A DNA stretch of 28,249 bases from a virus (Duplodnaviria; Caudoviricetes): positions 1 through 28,249 of the IMG/VR virus record IMGVR_UViG_3300036984_000053. One strand, given 5' to 3'. A program made the translations under genes and the position numbers. The notes below the pieces were generated by a model. The model was not told the DNA's origin, made no database searches, and worked only from the letters and a program-made list of their open reading frames with translations. This document shows, piece after piece, positions 17,176 through 27,300 of this stretch (positions are counted from its first letter, which is position 1; every line of letters starts with the position of its first letter).

Positions 17176-17415
17176 ATGTGGACTTGTGAGAAGTGCGGAT
17201 CTTGCTGTGCTATTGTTGGATGCTCAAATCTAACAACAGACCGTCTATGCTCTATCTATGAGACTAGACCAGATATTTGTAGAGTCACAGTCAAAGATCA
17301 AACTAAAGGTTGTCATGACTGTAGAGAACAAGAGAAAGCAAACAAGAAACGACACTTGGTAATCCCAAAACGTACTATAGAGCAACTGCTTGAACTTCAA
17401 GCACATTATCTATAG
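17176..17415 (+). CDS. YkgJ-family CxxCxxCC cysteine-cluster protein
   Basis: CEKCGSCC...C...CSIYETRPDICR signature. Confidence 0.8.
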   Translation: MWTCEKCGSCCAIVGCSNLTTDRLCSIYETRPDICRVTVKDQTKGCHDCREQEKANKKRHLVIPKRTIEQLLELQAHYL

Positions 17416-17438
17416 GATTTATCAAGAATGAGAATATC

Positions 17439-17801
17439 ATGATTTACCCTTTTAAGTGCATGAAATGTCAAGTTACTTATGAAGTCTATAGAGCATCAAA
17501 AGACGCAAGTCTCCCAGAGATTTGTCCTGAATGCTATCAAACAATGGAGAGAATCTACACCGTTCCACAAGCGATCATCAAAGCCTCAGACTATTATCAT
17601 ATGGGCGTTGGAAAACAAATCACGAATTCCTCTCAAGTTAAAGATGAGCTCAAAAGATACAAAGATATTCATGGATCAGAACTTATCGAACTTGGGAACG
17701 AAAAACCAATCGTCAAAACGCAAGAATCTAGATATGATTTTACTGAGCAAGAAACTAGAGGAATTTATCAAACTCTCGAAGCAGCTGGAGTACCAGAATG
17801 A
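17439..17801 (+). CDS. FmdB-like zinc-ribbon protein
   Basis: YPFKCMKC...CPEC...MERIYTVP. Confidence 0.75.
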   Translation: MIYPFKCMKCQVTYEVYRASKDASLPEICPECYQTMERIYTVPQAIIKASDYYHMGVGKQITNSSQVKDELKRYKDIHGSELIELGNEKPIVKTQESRYDFTEQETRGIYQTLEAAGVPE

Positions 17802-19606
17802 CAGTTCAGCCAATTGATATACACTCAAAACCTATAGACGACTCTATCAACAAGGCTGACAAGTCTCTATCTGATGATGAACAGGAACTAAAACTTGTCT
17901 TGACTCTACTAGATCAAGGTAAAGCAATAAAAGAAGAGACTGTCAAGGACTGGGAAAAACGTTGGGACTTCTATACTGGCAAACAATGGGATGCTGCAAG
18001 GCCTTCATACAAATCAAGCCCAGTCTATAACATTATTCGTTCTACAATCCAGTCAATACTCCCAATTCTAACAGATGCACGCCCTGGTTTCAACGTAATA
18101 CCAGAAGAGCCTCAAGATTACGAGTTTGCTGATACACTCTCTAAATTAACAGAGTCATGGTGGGACAAGAACTCAATCGATCACAGTCTCATTGAGTCTA
18201 TTATGGACTCGATGATTTACGATGCTGGTATAGTCAAGATCACATGGGACAAAGAACTACTTGATGGTATTGGTGATGTCAAATGGGATGTAATAGACCC
18301 AAGAGACATCTATATCCCACCACAAGCTAGAGACTTTGACAAAGATTGCCCTTGGGTCATCCAACTAACGAAACGCTCTGTTGGTGAACTCAAGATAATG
18401 TTCCCACAACATGCACAGAGAATCAAACCTGACTCAGAACAAAAAACTACAGAAGAAATCAAGGGAATCTCAACAGATATCACAATCGTCTCACCAATAG
18501 ACAAGAAGACGAACAATCCCTCTAATCCAATGCCGTCACAGACTACAGACGATAGAGCACTTGCAACAGTAGCAGAGTGCTGGTTAGAAGATACTTCACT
18601 AGAAGAATATGAAGAAGAGAATGAAGTTAAGTTCAAGAAGAGATTCCCAAAAGGTAAAGTGATTACTGTTCTCCCTTACCAGAAACTACTTCTACAAGCA
18701 GTAGAGAATCCCTATAGACATGGTAAGAAGCCGTTCGTTAGATTCGTTGACACACTACTTCCTAGGAAGTTCTGGGGAGAAGGTGAAGTAAAAGACTTGA
18801 TGGGTCTACAACGAATCATCAACAAAGTGCTCTCTATCATTATCGATTACATGAATTTCATGGGTAATCCAATTTGGAAGGTAGGGAAGGGAACTGGTGT
18901 TGATCCCAACAAGTTAACAAATCAGATTGGTTTGATACTTGAAATCAACGAAGGTAAACTAGGAGAAGTCCAGAGAGACATTCCTCCTCCTCTCCCTCAA
19001 TACATTATATCGTTCTATGATATGATGATTAGAGCATCAGAGACTACTTCTGGCTCATCAGAGATAACTCAAGGTAGAAAACCAGTAGGTGTTACTGCTG
19101 CTAGTGCTATAGAGACGATTCAAGAAGCGTCACAGACTAGAATTCGTCTCAAAGAGCGTAACTTGCAAGTGTCTCTATCACAAGCAGGTCGTTTTGTGAT
19201 AGCACTTATGATGCAATACTATACGTCTCCTAGAGTTGCTAGAATTACAGGAAAACAAATTTGGCCAGAGTATTTTGAGTTCTATGTTGAGGATCTACCA
19301 GAAGAGAACAAAGTCAAGTACACTAAGAAGGGTTACAAGTTTGATGAGACACAGAATCGATATATAGAGGATGCACTTGTAGAAGGAATATCTAAAGGTG
19401 TGTTTGATGTTAAAGTGCTCTCTGGAACATCACTCCCATTTGCTAAGGCACAACGGTCAAACATAGCATTCAAGTTATTTGACTCTAAAGTGATAGATCC
19501 AGAAGAACTACTCACTACTCTTGAGTGGCCTGATAAGGAAAAAGTTCTAAAGAGAATTCAAGATGCTGCGGCTGCAGCAGCACAGCAGCAACCACAACAG
19601 CAATAG
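17798..19606 (+). CDS. Portal protein (P22-like)
   Basis: 602 aa; FYTGKQW, YNIIRSTI, GEVKDLMGLQRIINK, TAASAIETIQEA, FDVKV; lies between terminase and scaffold/capsid. Confidence 0.9.
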   Translation: MTVQPIDIHSKPIDDSINKADKSLSDDEQELKLVLTLLDQGKAIKEETVKDWEKRWDFYTGKQWDAARPSYKSSPVYNIIRSTIQSILPILTDARPGFNVIPEEPQDYEFADTLSKLTESWWDKNSIDHSLIESIMDSMIYDAGIVKITWDKELLDGIGDVKWDVIDPRDIYIPPQARDFDKDCPWVIQLTKRSVGELKIMFPQHAQRIKPDSEQKTTEEIKGISTDITIVSPIDKKTNNPSNPMPSQTTDDRALATVAECWLEDTSLEEYEEENEVKFKKRFPKGKVITVLPYQKLLLQAVENPYRHGKKPFVRFVDTLLPRKFWGEGEVKDLMGLQRIINKVLSIIIDYMNFMGNPIWKVGKGTGVDPNKLTNQIGLILEINEGKLGEVQRDIPPPLPQYIISFYDMMIRASETTSGSSEITQGRKPVGVTAASAIETIQEASQTRIRLKERNLQVSLSQAGRFVIALMMQYYTSPRVARITGKQIWPEYFEFYVEDLPEENKVKYTKKGYKFDETQNRYIEDALVEGISKGVFDVKVLSGTSLPFAKAQRSNIAFKLFDSKVIDPEELLTTLEWPDKEKVLKRIQDAAAAAAQQQPQQQ

Positions 19607-19614
19607 GAGACATT

Positions 19615-19785
19615 ATGTGGAAACCGAAGCCGGGATCAAGTCCTAATCCGATAACACCTAAAGATATACAGAACAAGATTGCTCCTAAGAAAGATGAGAA
19701 GAAACCTGTAGCAGTTGGTGCTGGTAATTATGGTTATGGCTCAGCCATGAAGAAAGCTATTGCTAAAAAGATAGGAGCACAATAA
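19615..19785 (+). CDS. Small basic protein (56 aa), not in ORF track
   Basis: AGGAG RBS; MWKPKPGSSPNPITPKDIQNKIAPKKDEKKPVAVGAGNYGYGSAMKKAIAKKIGAQ*; TAATG coupling to the next gene. Confidence 0.65.
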   Translation: MWKPKPGSSPNPITPKDIQNKIAPKKDEKKPVAVGAGNYGYGSAMKKAIAKKIGAQ

Positions 19786-20156
19786 TGCCTTTTGAACGTA
19801 ACATGCCAGCAGCTCAGGATATCCCTGAGACACAAGACAAGCCAGCAGATGCTCCTGCTGGTGGTGAGCAGATGAATCCTGTTATCGATGCTCTCAAGAC
19901 TTTACAGGTGTTTGTAGCGTCGTTGAAAGAGAAGGATCCTGCAAAAGCACAGGGGGTTCAAGAAGCAATGATGGGCTTGCTTCAAGCAATACAGGGTGGA
20001 GGGGGAGACCAGAATCCACCCTCGAATGAGACGAGTGCCCCAGAAGCAAACAGTAAACCAGAAGCCCAAGATAACCAAGGCGCTATGGGTCGTGCCCCGT
20101 CTCGTCCAGTGTCTATGAATGCAGGTAAGAACTCAAAACCAGTTCCAATAATGTAG
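19785..20156 (+). CDS. Hypothetical, largely disordered head-module protein
   Basis: AGGAG RBS; helical core flanked by P/A/Q-rich tails. Confidence 0.65.
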   Translation: MPFERNMPAAQDIPETQDKPADAPAGGEQMNPVIDALKTLQVFVASLKEKDPAKAQGVQEAMMGLLQAIQGGGGDQNPPSNETSAPEANSKPEAQDNQGAMGRAPSRPVSMNAGKNSKPVPIM

Positions 20157-20166
20157 GAGGTTTCAC

Positions 20167-20376
20167 ATGGCTGACAGAGGGATCGATTTTGCTGGTGATG
20201 GTGCACAAGACGTTGGTAGCCGTAGTCTCAACACACAGCCGTCAGCAAGTAAATCTGGTTCAGGACCGATTGATTTTGCTGGTGATGGTGAAATGGACTG
20301 CTCTGGTGTTATGACTACTAATGATCCTAAGGGCGGAGTCCCTGGTGGTTGTGAGATTGAGTTTGTAGCAAACTAA
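20167..20376 (+). CDS. Small acidic protein with a duplicated IDFAGDG motif
   Basis: AGGAGG RBS; GATTTTGCTGGTGATGGTG occurs twice. Confidence 0.65.
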   Translation: MADRGIDFAGDGAQDVGSRSLNTQPSASKSGSGPIDFAGDGEMDCSGVMTTNDPKGGVPGGCEIEFVAN

Positions 20377-20454
20377 GAGCAACTTGGCGAAGGGACAAAT
20401 TGGAACTTCGCTAGACTCTATTAACATACACCCTCCCGCAAGTAAAGGAAACTT

Positions 20455-21291
20455 ATGGACATTCAGCCAGTTGAGCAAGGTTTAGATACTCCAGAGCCAG
20501 TCTCTAACGAGCAAACTGGTGATGTAGGGTCTCAAAACTCTCAAGAAGGCCAGCAGCAGGATACATCTCAGAATTGGAACCCTCAAGAGTGGGCATTGCA
20601 ATTCAAGGGTCAACAGATCTATCCAAAAGATAGACAGCACCTTGTGAATCTTGCTCAAAAGGGATACAGTTATGAGACGTCAATGGAGCAAGTTAATCAA
20701 GAACGTGAACGTATTGCTAGACTCCAAGGTGAGTACAAGCGATATGAACAACTTGATGAGGCTCTAAAGACGAACCCTGGATTTGCACAGCAACTTTGGG
20801 GCTACATAAACAACCTTCAGAACCAAAACAAAGACCAACAGAATCAAGAGAGTGAGTTACCACCACAGTTTCAACAAGTTCAATCTGAGCTTGAAGAACT
20901 GAAGAGTTGGAAGAATCAATATGCTGAGCAACAAGCATCACAGGCAATAGATAATGAGTTGTCACAGCTTGCTTCTAAGTACTCACAGTACGATTGGCAA
21001 TCTGATGATGGAACAGGATCACTTGCTTACAAAGTGTTAAAGCATGCTCATGACAATAACATTTTGAACTTGAACTCAGCATTTAGAGACTTGATGTTTG
21101 ACCAGTCTCAACAACAGACTAAGTTAAACACATTGAAGCAACAGAAAGAACAGACACAGAAACTTCATAGAGAAGGTGTTGTTCAATCATCAGGTGCTTC
21201 TACATCTCAACCAATGAAAAAGAGTGGTTATTCTTCTCAAGATACCTATGGTGATTTGGCTCAAAAAGCATTAGCATCACTAGGAGGATAA
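20455..21291 (+). CDS. Capsid scaffolding protein
   Basis: Acidic disordered N-terminus, LVNLAQKGYSY motif, Q/E coiled coils; directly upstream of the major capsid gene. Confidence 0.75.
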   Translation: MDIQPVEQGLDTPEPVSNEQTGDVGSQNSQEGQQQDTSQNWNPQEWALQFKGQQIYPKDRQHLVNLAQKGYSYETSMEQVNQERERIARLQGEYKRYEQLDEALKTNPGFAQQLWGYINNLQNQNKDQQNQESELPPQFQQVQSELEELKSWKNQYAEQQASQAIDNELSQLASKYSQYDWQSDDGTGSLAYKVLKHAHDNNILNLNSAFRDLMFDQSQQQTKLNTLKQQKEQTQKLHREGVVQSSGASTSQPMKKSGYSSQDTYGDLAQKALASLGG

Positions 21292-21292
21292 A

Positions 21293-22213
21293 ATGGCTCT
21301 TTCATACGGAGAATTGTCCAGTATCACACAAACGTACTTCGTCCCGCGCCTCATCGACAACATCTTTGCTTCTAATGCTCTTCTTCAGAGAATGCGCAAG
21401 AAGAACTATGAGAAGATGGATGGTGGAACAAAGATTATAATTCCGTTGCTGTATGCAACAACTACAGCAGCTGGTCGTTATTCAGGTGCTCAGGCACTTG
21501 ATACTACGCCCAATGACCAGATCACTGCTGCTGAGTTTGATTGGAAACAGTACTATGCGAATATTACTGTGACCAGAATCGACGAACTCAAAAACAGTGG
21601 TAAGTCTCAGATCGTGAACTTTGTGAAAGCTAAAGTTCAGGCTGCTGAGAGGACACTGGCCAATTTACTTGGGACAGACTTGTTTGGTGATGGTACTACT
21701 GCTAACAGCTTCTATGGACTTGCTGCTATTTGTGCAGGTACTGGAAGCACTTATGGTGGGATCAGCAAGACAACTTACAGCTGGTGGAGAGGTCAGGCGG
21801 ACTCTACAACTACTGCTCTCACAGTAGGTAATATCCGTGGTATGATTGGTGACTGTTCTATTGACAGTGATGGACCCACAGTAGCAGTTACTACACAGAA
21901 TGTGTTTGACAATGTTTATTCACTGCTTCAGCCGCAGCAGAGGTTCCAGGACTCAGACACAGCTAAAGCTGGGTTCAAGAACATCCTGTGGGAAGGTATT
22001 CCTATGATTATTGACAGTCACGTTGCTGCTGGTGATCTCTATTTCTTGAATGAGAACTATATCTCTATGATAGTTCACAAAGATGAAGATTTCAGGTTCG
22101 AGCCGTTCATCAAGCCCACAAACCAGAATATCTCTACAGCCAAGATCTATTGGACTGGTGCATTAACTTGTTCAAATTGTAGACTTCAGGGCTGGTTTAG
22201 CGCTATTGCTTAA
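21293..22213 (+). CDS. Major capsid protein (HK97 fold)
   Basis: AGGAGG RBS; 306 aa; DNIF.SN.LL, AEFDWKQ, LFGDGT, GFKNILWEGIP, YFLNENYI. Confidence 0.88.
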   Translation: MALSYGELSSITQTYFVPRLIDNIFASNALLQRMRKKNYEKMDGGTKIIIPLLYATTTAAGRYSGAQALDTTPNDQITAAEFDWKQYYANITVTRIDELKNSGKSQIVNFVKAKVQAAERTLANLLGTDLFGDGTTANSFYGLAAICAGTGSTYGGISKTTYSWWRGQADSTTTALTVGNIRGMIGDCSIDSDGPTVAVTTQNVFDNVYSLLQPQQRFQDSDTAKAGFKNILWEGIPMIIDSHVAAGDLYFLNENYISMIVHKDEDFRFEPFIKPTNQNISTAKIYWTGALTCSNCRLQGWFSAIA

Positions 22214-22249
22214 TGAACGAAACGAACTACTAACTTTAGGAGGTTTTCA

Positions 22250-22711
22250 ATGGCTGCTTACGGACTTCAGACTCTTTTTGAGGAATCAGTCTCTCAGATC
22301 ACAGCTACTCCGTCTGTTGCTCTTGGCACAAGACGGATCGAGGGTGGGAACGAGTACATTTATGCATATAATGCTAACACTACAGCTGCTGTAGGTTATG
22401 GCGTTATTGCTTCTTTGAATTCTGGTTATTCGTTCTCAGTTACTGCTGCTCTTGGTAATCCCTTGATGGGTGTTGTCCAGAACACAGAGTTCACTGCTGC
22501 ATATTATGGTTGGTTGCTCATCCGTGGTCTTGCACGGTCACTGCCTTCTACTAATGCTTGTGTGGCTGGAACTGCTATTTGTGTGTCTACAAATGGTGCG
22601 TTTGAATCTGTTTTGACAGCACTTGCTGGTGGTACTGCTGTTGCTTGCGGTGTTTCTCTCGGAATCACTTCTGGCAGCACTGGTTCAGCTTTCATCAAGG
22701 CCATGATCTAG
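22250..22711 (+). CDS. Capsid decoration/cement protein
   Basis: AGGAGG RBS; Ala/Gly/Thr-rich, GNEYIYA and YYGWLLIRG; directly after the major capsid gene. Confidence 0.65.
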   Translation: MAAYGLQTLFEESVSQITATPSVALGTRRIEGGNEYIYAYNANTTAAVGYGVIASLNSGYSFSVTAALGNPLMGVVQNTEFTAAYYGWLLIRGLARSLPSTNACVAGTAICVSTNGAFESVLTALAGGTAVACGVSLGITSGSTGSAFIKAMI

Positions 22712-22713
22712 TC

Positions 22714-22810
22714 AAGACAGACAAGGGCCTGGCAGGTGCTGCCTTCTTTGCGGGAGGTAAGTGCTTGTCAGGTACCTGTCTTCAACTTCAACACTCCCGC
22801 AAAAGAGGTG
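22714..22810 (+). promoter_or_regulatory. Structured 5' leader of the Maf-like gene
   Basis: TTTGCGGGAG (22747-22756) is complementary to CTCCCGCAAA (22794-22803), next to the RBS. Also AAGACAG/CTGTCTT (22714-20/22776-82) and a GGCAG/CTGCC hairpin. Confidence 0.45.
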
Positions 22811-22814
22811 AATT

Positions 22815-24029
22815 ATGGACGAAGGACCAAAGACAGTCACTAACAACATTTTAGTTCAAGTAAAAGAGGATCACTCTGCTATTGTCCCGACTAAGGATGT
22901 AGACGGAAACCCTATCACTTTGATCACAGATCAAGGGATTCCTCTTATTCCAATGTTGCTTCAATACCAGAAGAATATCGATCCTCCAGCATCTAAAGAC
23001 GATTTGTACAAGATAGCTGTTCGTTCAGATACAGTTACAAATACAAGATGGAACGACACTTGGATCAACCAGACTACTGAGAATGCTAAGAACTATGATA
23101 TTACAGCATTGTCTTGTATGTCTGAGTTCAAGAAAGAAGCGTTCAAGCCAGTGATTATCTGTGGTTCAGGCCCTTCAATCAAGAAGAACTGTTTAGATTT
23201 GACATCTAGAGTTGTGTTCAAGCAGAATTTAGACACAGGCAAGATGGAGATGATGCAAGGTGGAGGTAGAAGCGACTTAAGGGTCGTATCTTGTCTCCAT
23301 AACTTTGGGTTGTTTGAGAATAACAATATTATGACGAAGGATGATTATTATCTCACACTTGATGCGGGTGAGATTACTATATCAGAAACTATAGAAGGTG
23401 GAGCTAAAAAACATCCAGAAGAATGGTATTGGGAACGCTCAAAGAACAGAACTCTACTTGCTCATAACACAGCACACCCATCACTTCTAAAGAAGTGGCA
23501 AGGGAAGATTCTATTTTTCACTACACCACCAGCAAATGAAGAAATTAAAAAGAACATTGAGGAACATTTTGATGTTACCAAGGTTCCAAGTTTCTCTGTT
23601 GGTGGTAATGCTCTTGGTGCTTGTCTATATTTTGCTAGAGCTATTCTGGGTGCAAGTTCTATAATATTCACAGGTGCGGATTTCTCATTTTCATATGAGC
23701 ATAGGTTTCATGGTTGGAATTCTCCTTATGATGAGAAGTTTACTGGTTTAGAAGCAGTAACAGATATATATGGGAACAGAGTCTATACATGGCCAAGTTA
23801 CTATGGATTCAAGTGCTGGTTAGACTTCATTGCTTGTGGAGGTAGTGGTGGTCAAGACCATGACTTCATCAATGCAACAGAGGGTGGGATCCTAGGAGCT
23901 TATCCAGAAGGAAATATTAGACAGTTCAGGTATATGTCTCTTAAAGGTGCTTTGGCTATGTTGACTTGTCATGAGAAGATCCCAACTATGACAGCTAACA
24001 CAAAGACAATGCCAATGGTGCTTTATTAG
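22815..24029 (+). CDS. Maf/DUF115 (MptE-like) family protein, putative nonulosonate glycosyltransferase
   Basis: IICGSGPSIKKN, LTLDA, ILGASSIIFTGADFSF and FINATEGG motifs characteristic of the DUF115/MAF_flag10 family. Confidence 0.75.
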   Translation: MDEGPKTVTNNILVQVKEDHSAIVPTKDVDGNPITLITDQGIPLIPMLLQYQKNIDPPASKDDLYKIAVRSDTVTNTRWNDTWINQTTENAKNYDITALSCMSEFKKEAFKPVIICGSGPSIKKNCLDLTSRVVFKQNLDTGKMEMMQGGGRSDLRVVSCLHNFGLFENNNIMTKDDYYLTLDAGEITISETIEGGAKKHPEEWYWERSKNRTLLAHNTAHPSLLKKWQGKILFFTTPPANEEIKKNIEEHFDVTKVPSFSVGGNALGACLYFARAILGASSIIFTGADFSFSYEHRFHGWNSPYDEKFTGLEAVTDIYGNRVYTWPSYYGFKCWLDFIACGGSGGQDHDFINATEGGILGAYPEGNIRQFRYMSLKGALAMLTCHEKIPTMTANTKTMPMVLY

Positions 24030-24038
24030 GAGGAACAA

Positions 24039-24284
24039 ATGGCTCACACTTTTACTATAGCTAGACAAGATGCTGTTGGTGGTATGAGAGTCCTTCTTGG
24101 GACTTACTATTGTGATAATGCAACAGCTACAGAGATCGATGTTGGTCTCAAGTATGTCTATGGTGCTTGTTGCTGTGGTTCACAGTCTACTGGTGTCAGG
24201 TTCAACACTTCTACCAATGGATATTTTGGTGTAACTACAGCAGTTACTGGTGCAACTCACAAGTGTATCGTGTTTGGTTATTAG
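24039..24284 (+). CDS. Small structural hypothetical protein
   Basis: AGGAGG RBS; 81 aa, Thr/Gly/Cys-rich. Confidence 0.6.
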   Translation: MAHTFTIARQDAVGGMRVLLGTYYCDNATATEIDVGLKYVYGACCCGSQSTGVRFNTSTNGYFGVTTAVTGATHKCIVFGY

Positions 24285-24360
24285 GTCTTGCCATATAACC
24301 ATAGGGCTAGAGGACTACCATTAACTCTAGCCATACTCGACACATTAGAGGGAAACACTA

Positions 24361-27300
24361 GTGGCATTCCAACAGGCAAATCTAGTTGATAACCTCAAGT
24401 ATAACGACAATAGGTATCTACTAAAAGGTACTACTGCTGGTGCTCAAGTTGTCTCTTCTGACGTAAACTTCACTGGCTCAATCTCTATTGCTGGTTCTCC
24501 TCTCTCAAGTCTCTACTTCTTAAAAGCTGAGCACATTACTACTTCTACTGGTGTTGGTGACGCTGGAAAACCAGTCAAAACTAACGTAGCAGGAGTGATT
24601 GCTCTAAGCTTGATAGAGAACCAGGGAGCAACTTGGAAGTTAGTCTCACCTGATGGGTTGCTCAACCCTGTTGTTTATGTAGATAACGTTGGTGATGCTG
24701 CTACTATTGGGAACTTGACTACAGCAGGAGACTTGAGAGTAGATGGTGGGAATATAGGATTATCAAGTGATATAGACTTGATTTCTATTACTAACAATTT
24801 AGTAGATGTGTCAGGTAGAATTAGAGCATCAGGAACAGCAGCAAGTATTCACATAGATGCTACTGGTGCTAACAACCCTGAGTTTGTGTTTCTACATGAT
24901 AATGTTGAAAAAGCAAGAATCTACACAGATGAGAACGACAGTTATAAACTCAAGATCACTGCTAGTACATGGATTACTGGTAATTTGTACATTTCTGATT
25001 CAGGGTATATTGGGATTCCGTCAAGTACAGCGTTGATTAGGCTTGCTGTTGGAGTGATTACATTAAATTCAAGTTACTTGATAATCCCTAATTATGCTTC
25101 TATTGGATGTGTAGCAGATACAGACTTGCTTGGGTTGTCAAATCAACAGTTGTTAGTTAATGGGAATATAGTTCTTGATAAAGCAATCTCACCTACAATT
25201 ACATTTAAAGTTGCTGGTGTCTCTAAAACTACAATCTACACAGATTCAAGTCTATCAAACAAATTACATATAACATCTGTAGATTCTGTTAGATTAGACA
25301 CAAATTCTGCTGGTGGTTATTATGGATTAGAGATTTATTCAACATCATGTACATACCCATTGTGGATCCAGAATCCAAACACTGTGTACATAGGAGCATA
25401 TATTACTGGTGGTCTTGCTTGGGGAAGCTTGTTATCATCATTTGTAAGTTATGGAAAAAACTCTGTTGGAACGAATGTTGTTTATTCATCTATAGAAACT
25501 ATATGTGTTAGCAATACTTCTGGTGCCCATGAAACATGGTTTAGAATTAAAACTTATAATGCTGGTGCTTATGTCTACCCACTTGCAATCTATGGCAACA
25601 CAGTAACAGTTAATAAGAACACAATTAAAGGGTTATCGCAGTTTGAAGTTTATGAGTCAGGTGCTCTTGATGCTACTATTACAATTAATCAAGCAAATGC
25701 TGGTGAGTATGATCCCAAGATAAGTTTCTGTCTATCAAGTATAGAAAAAGCTTCTATTTATGTAGACGACTCAGACTCAGATAGACTTAAAGTTACAACA
25801 ACTAGACTTGATTTGGGAGGAAGTCTTACTATTGAAGATGATGGATATATAGGAATAGCATCATCTAGTAACTTGCTTAGACTTTTTACAAATAAAATAG
25901 AGTACACATATTCTGCTGGTGGCATTTGGACAGCACCTACAACAGGTCTTATTATAAACAATGTTGATAGTGATTTAACATCTCCTTCTGTGATAAATTT
26001 CTTAGAAAAGTCTGTCTATCAAGGGCATATTCAAGGTTACAGTAATTTAACATATAATACTCTTGCTCTTGTTGGAAATGATAGACTACTTATTGAAGCA
26101 ACAACTGTAGTTGATTATTATTGTGCTTCACAAAGATTTAGAGCACATGATAATTTGAATATGATGTTGATGTCTGATGATTCAAGTGCATCATGTTATG
26201 TACAACTATGGGTTGAAGACTTAGACACAGTAAATCCAATTCTACATTTTATTTCACCAAGTGGTTTCACTTTTGGTGACAACATTTCGACTCCTGCACA
26301 TATACAGCAAGTAAAAATAAGAAATGATGGCTGGATTGAAGCTGCAGGATTTTTGGGTAGCACAACACAAAGTGTTTATGAAGTAATTCAACCAGAACCA
26401 GTAACTACATCACCTAGTATAATTTGGGATCCATCAAAAGAAGCACTTTACTGTGGTACTACTGGTATTGGACATTTTGTTCAAGTATCAACAGGTGGAT
26501 TGCAAGGAACTACTGGAATTCAAGGATTAGGCGTTACTGGACTTCAAGGTCAAACTGGTATTGGTTATGGTGCTACTGGTTTGGCAGGACCTACTGGTCC
26601 TGCTGGTGCTCCTCAAGGTGAAACTGGATTACGAGGCGAAACAGGATTAAGAGGACCAACAGGTGTCGGAGGAATAGGTCAACAAGGAAACACAGGAATT
26701 CAAGGAATTCAGGGAGCAACTGGACTTATAGGAGCAACTGGAGTTAAAGGTGCTACTGGTTTACAGGGACAAACAGGATTAGGCCAACAAGGAACAACTG
26801 GTGTTGCTGGTATGGCTGGAATTCAAGGAACACCAGGTAATCAAGGACAAACAGGTGTTCAAGGTGCAACAGGAGCACAAGGTTATACTGGTTTAGGAAC
26901 AACTGGTCTTGTTGGTAATACTGGAGTACAAGGACAAACAGGAGTTCAAGGAGCAACTGGTTTAAGAGGACCTACAGGATCACAAGGTATTACTGGACTT
27001 GGAACTACTGGTGTTAAAGGTGAAACTGGTGTTCAAGGATTCAGAGGATACACTGGTTTGAATGGTGAACTTGGATTACAAGGTGTAACAGGAATAGGTA
27101 GACAAGGAGACACAGGAGTAAAAGGTGCAACAGGTGTTGCAGGAATAAACAATAGTTGTGCTTTTTTAGCATATCCAAGTTCAAATCAATCTAATTTTAC
27201 AGGAGATGGATCTTCAGCAACAATAGTTTTTGATTCTGAACTATTTGATGAAAATTCTTGTTTTTCAACAGTAACATCAAAATTCACAGCACCAGCAACA

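Noticed and set aside
24305-24332. GGCTAGAG/CTCTAGCC hairpin as a terminator
   Set aside because: The 8-bp stem is real but has a 12-nt loop and no U tract, so its function cannot be assigned.
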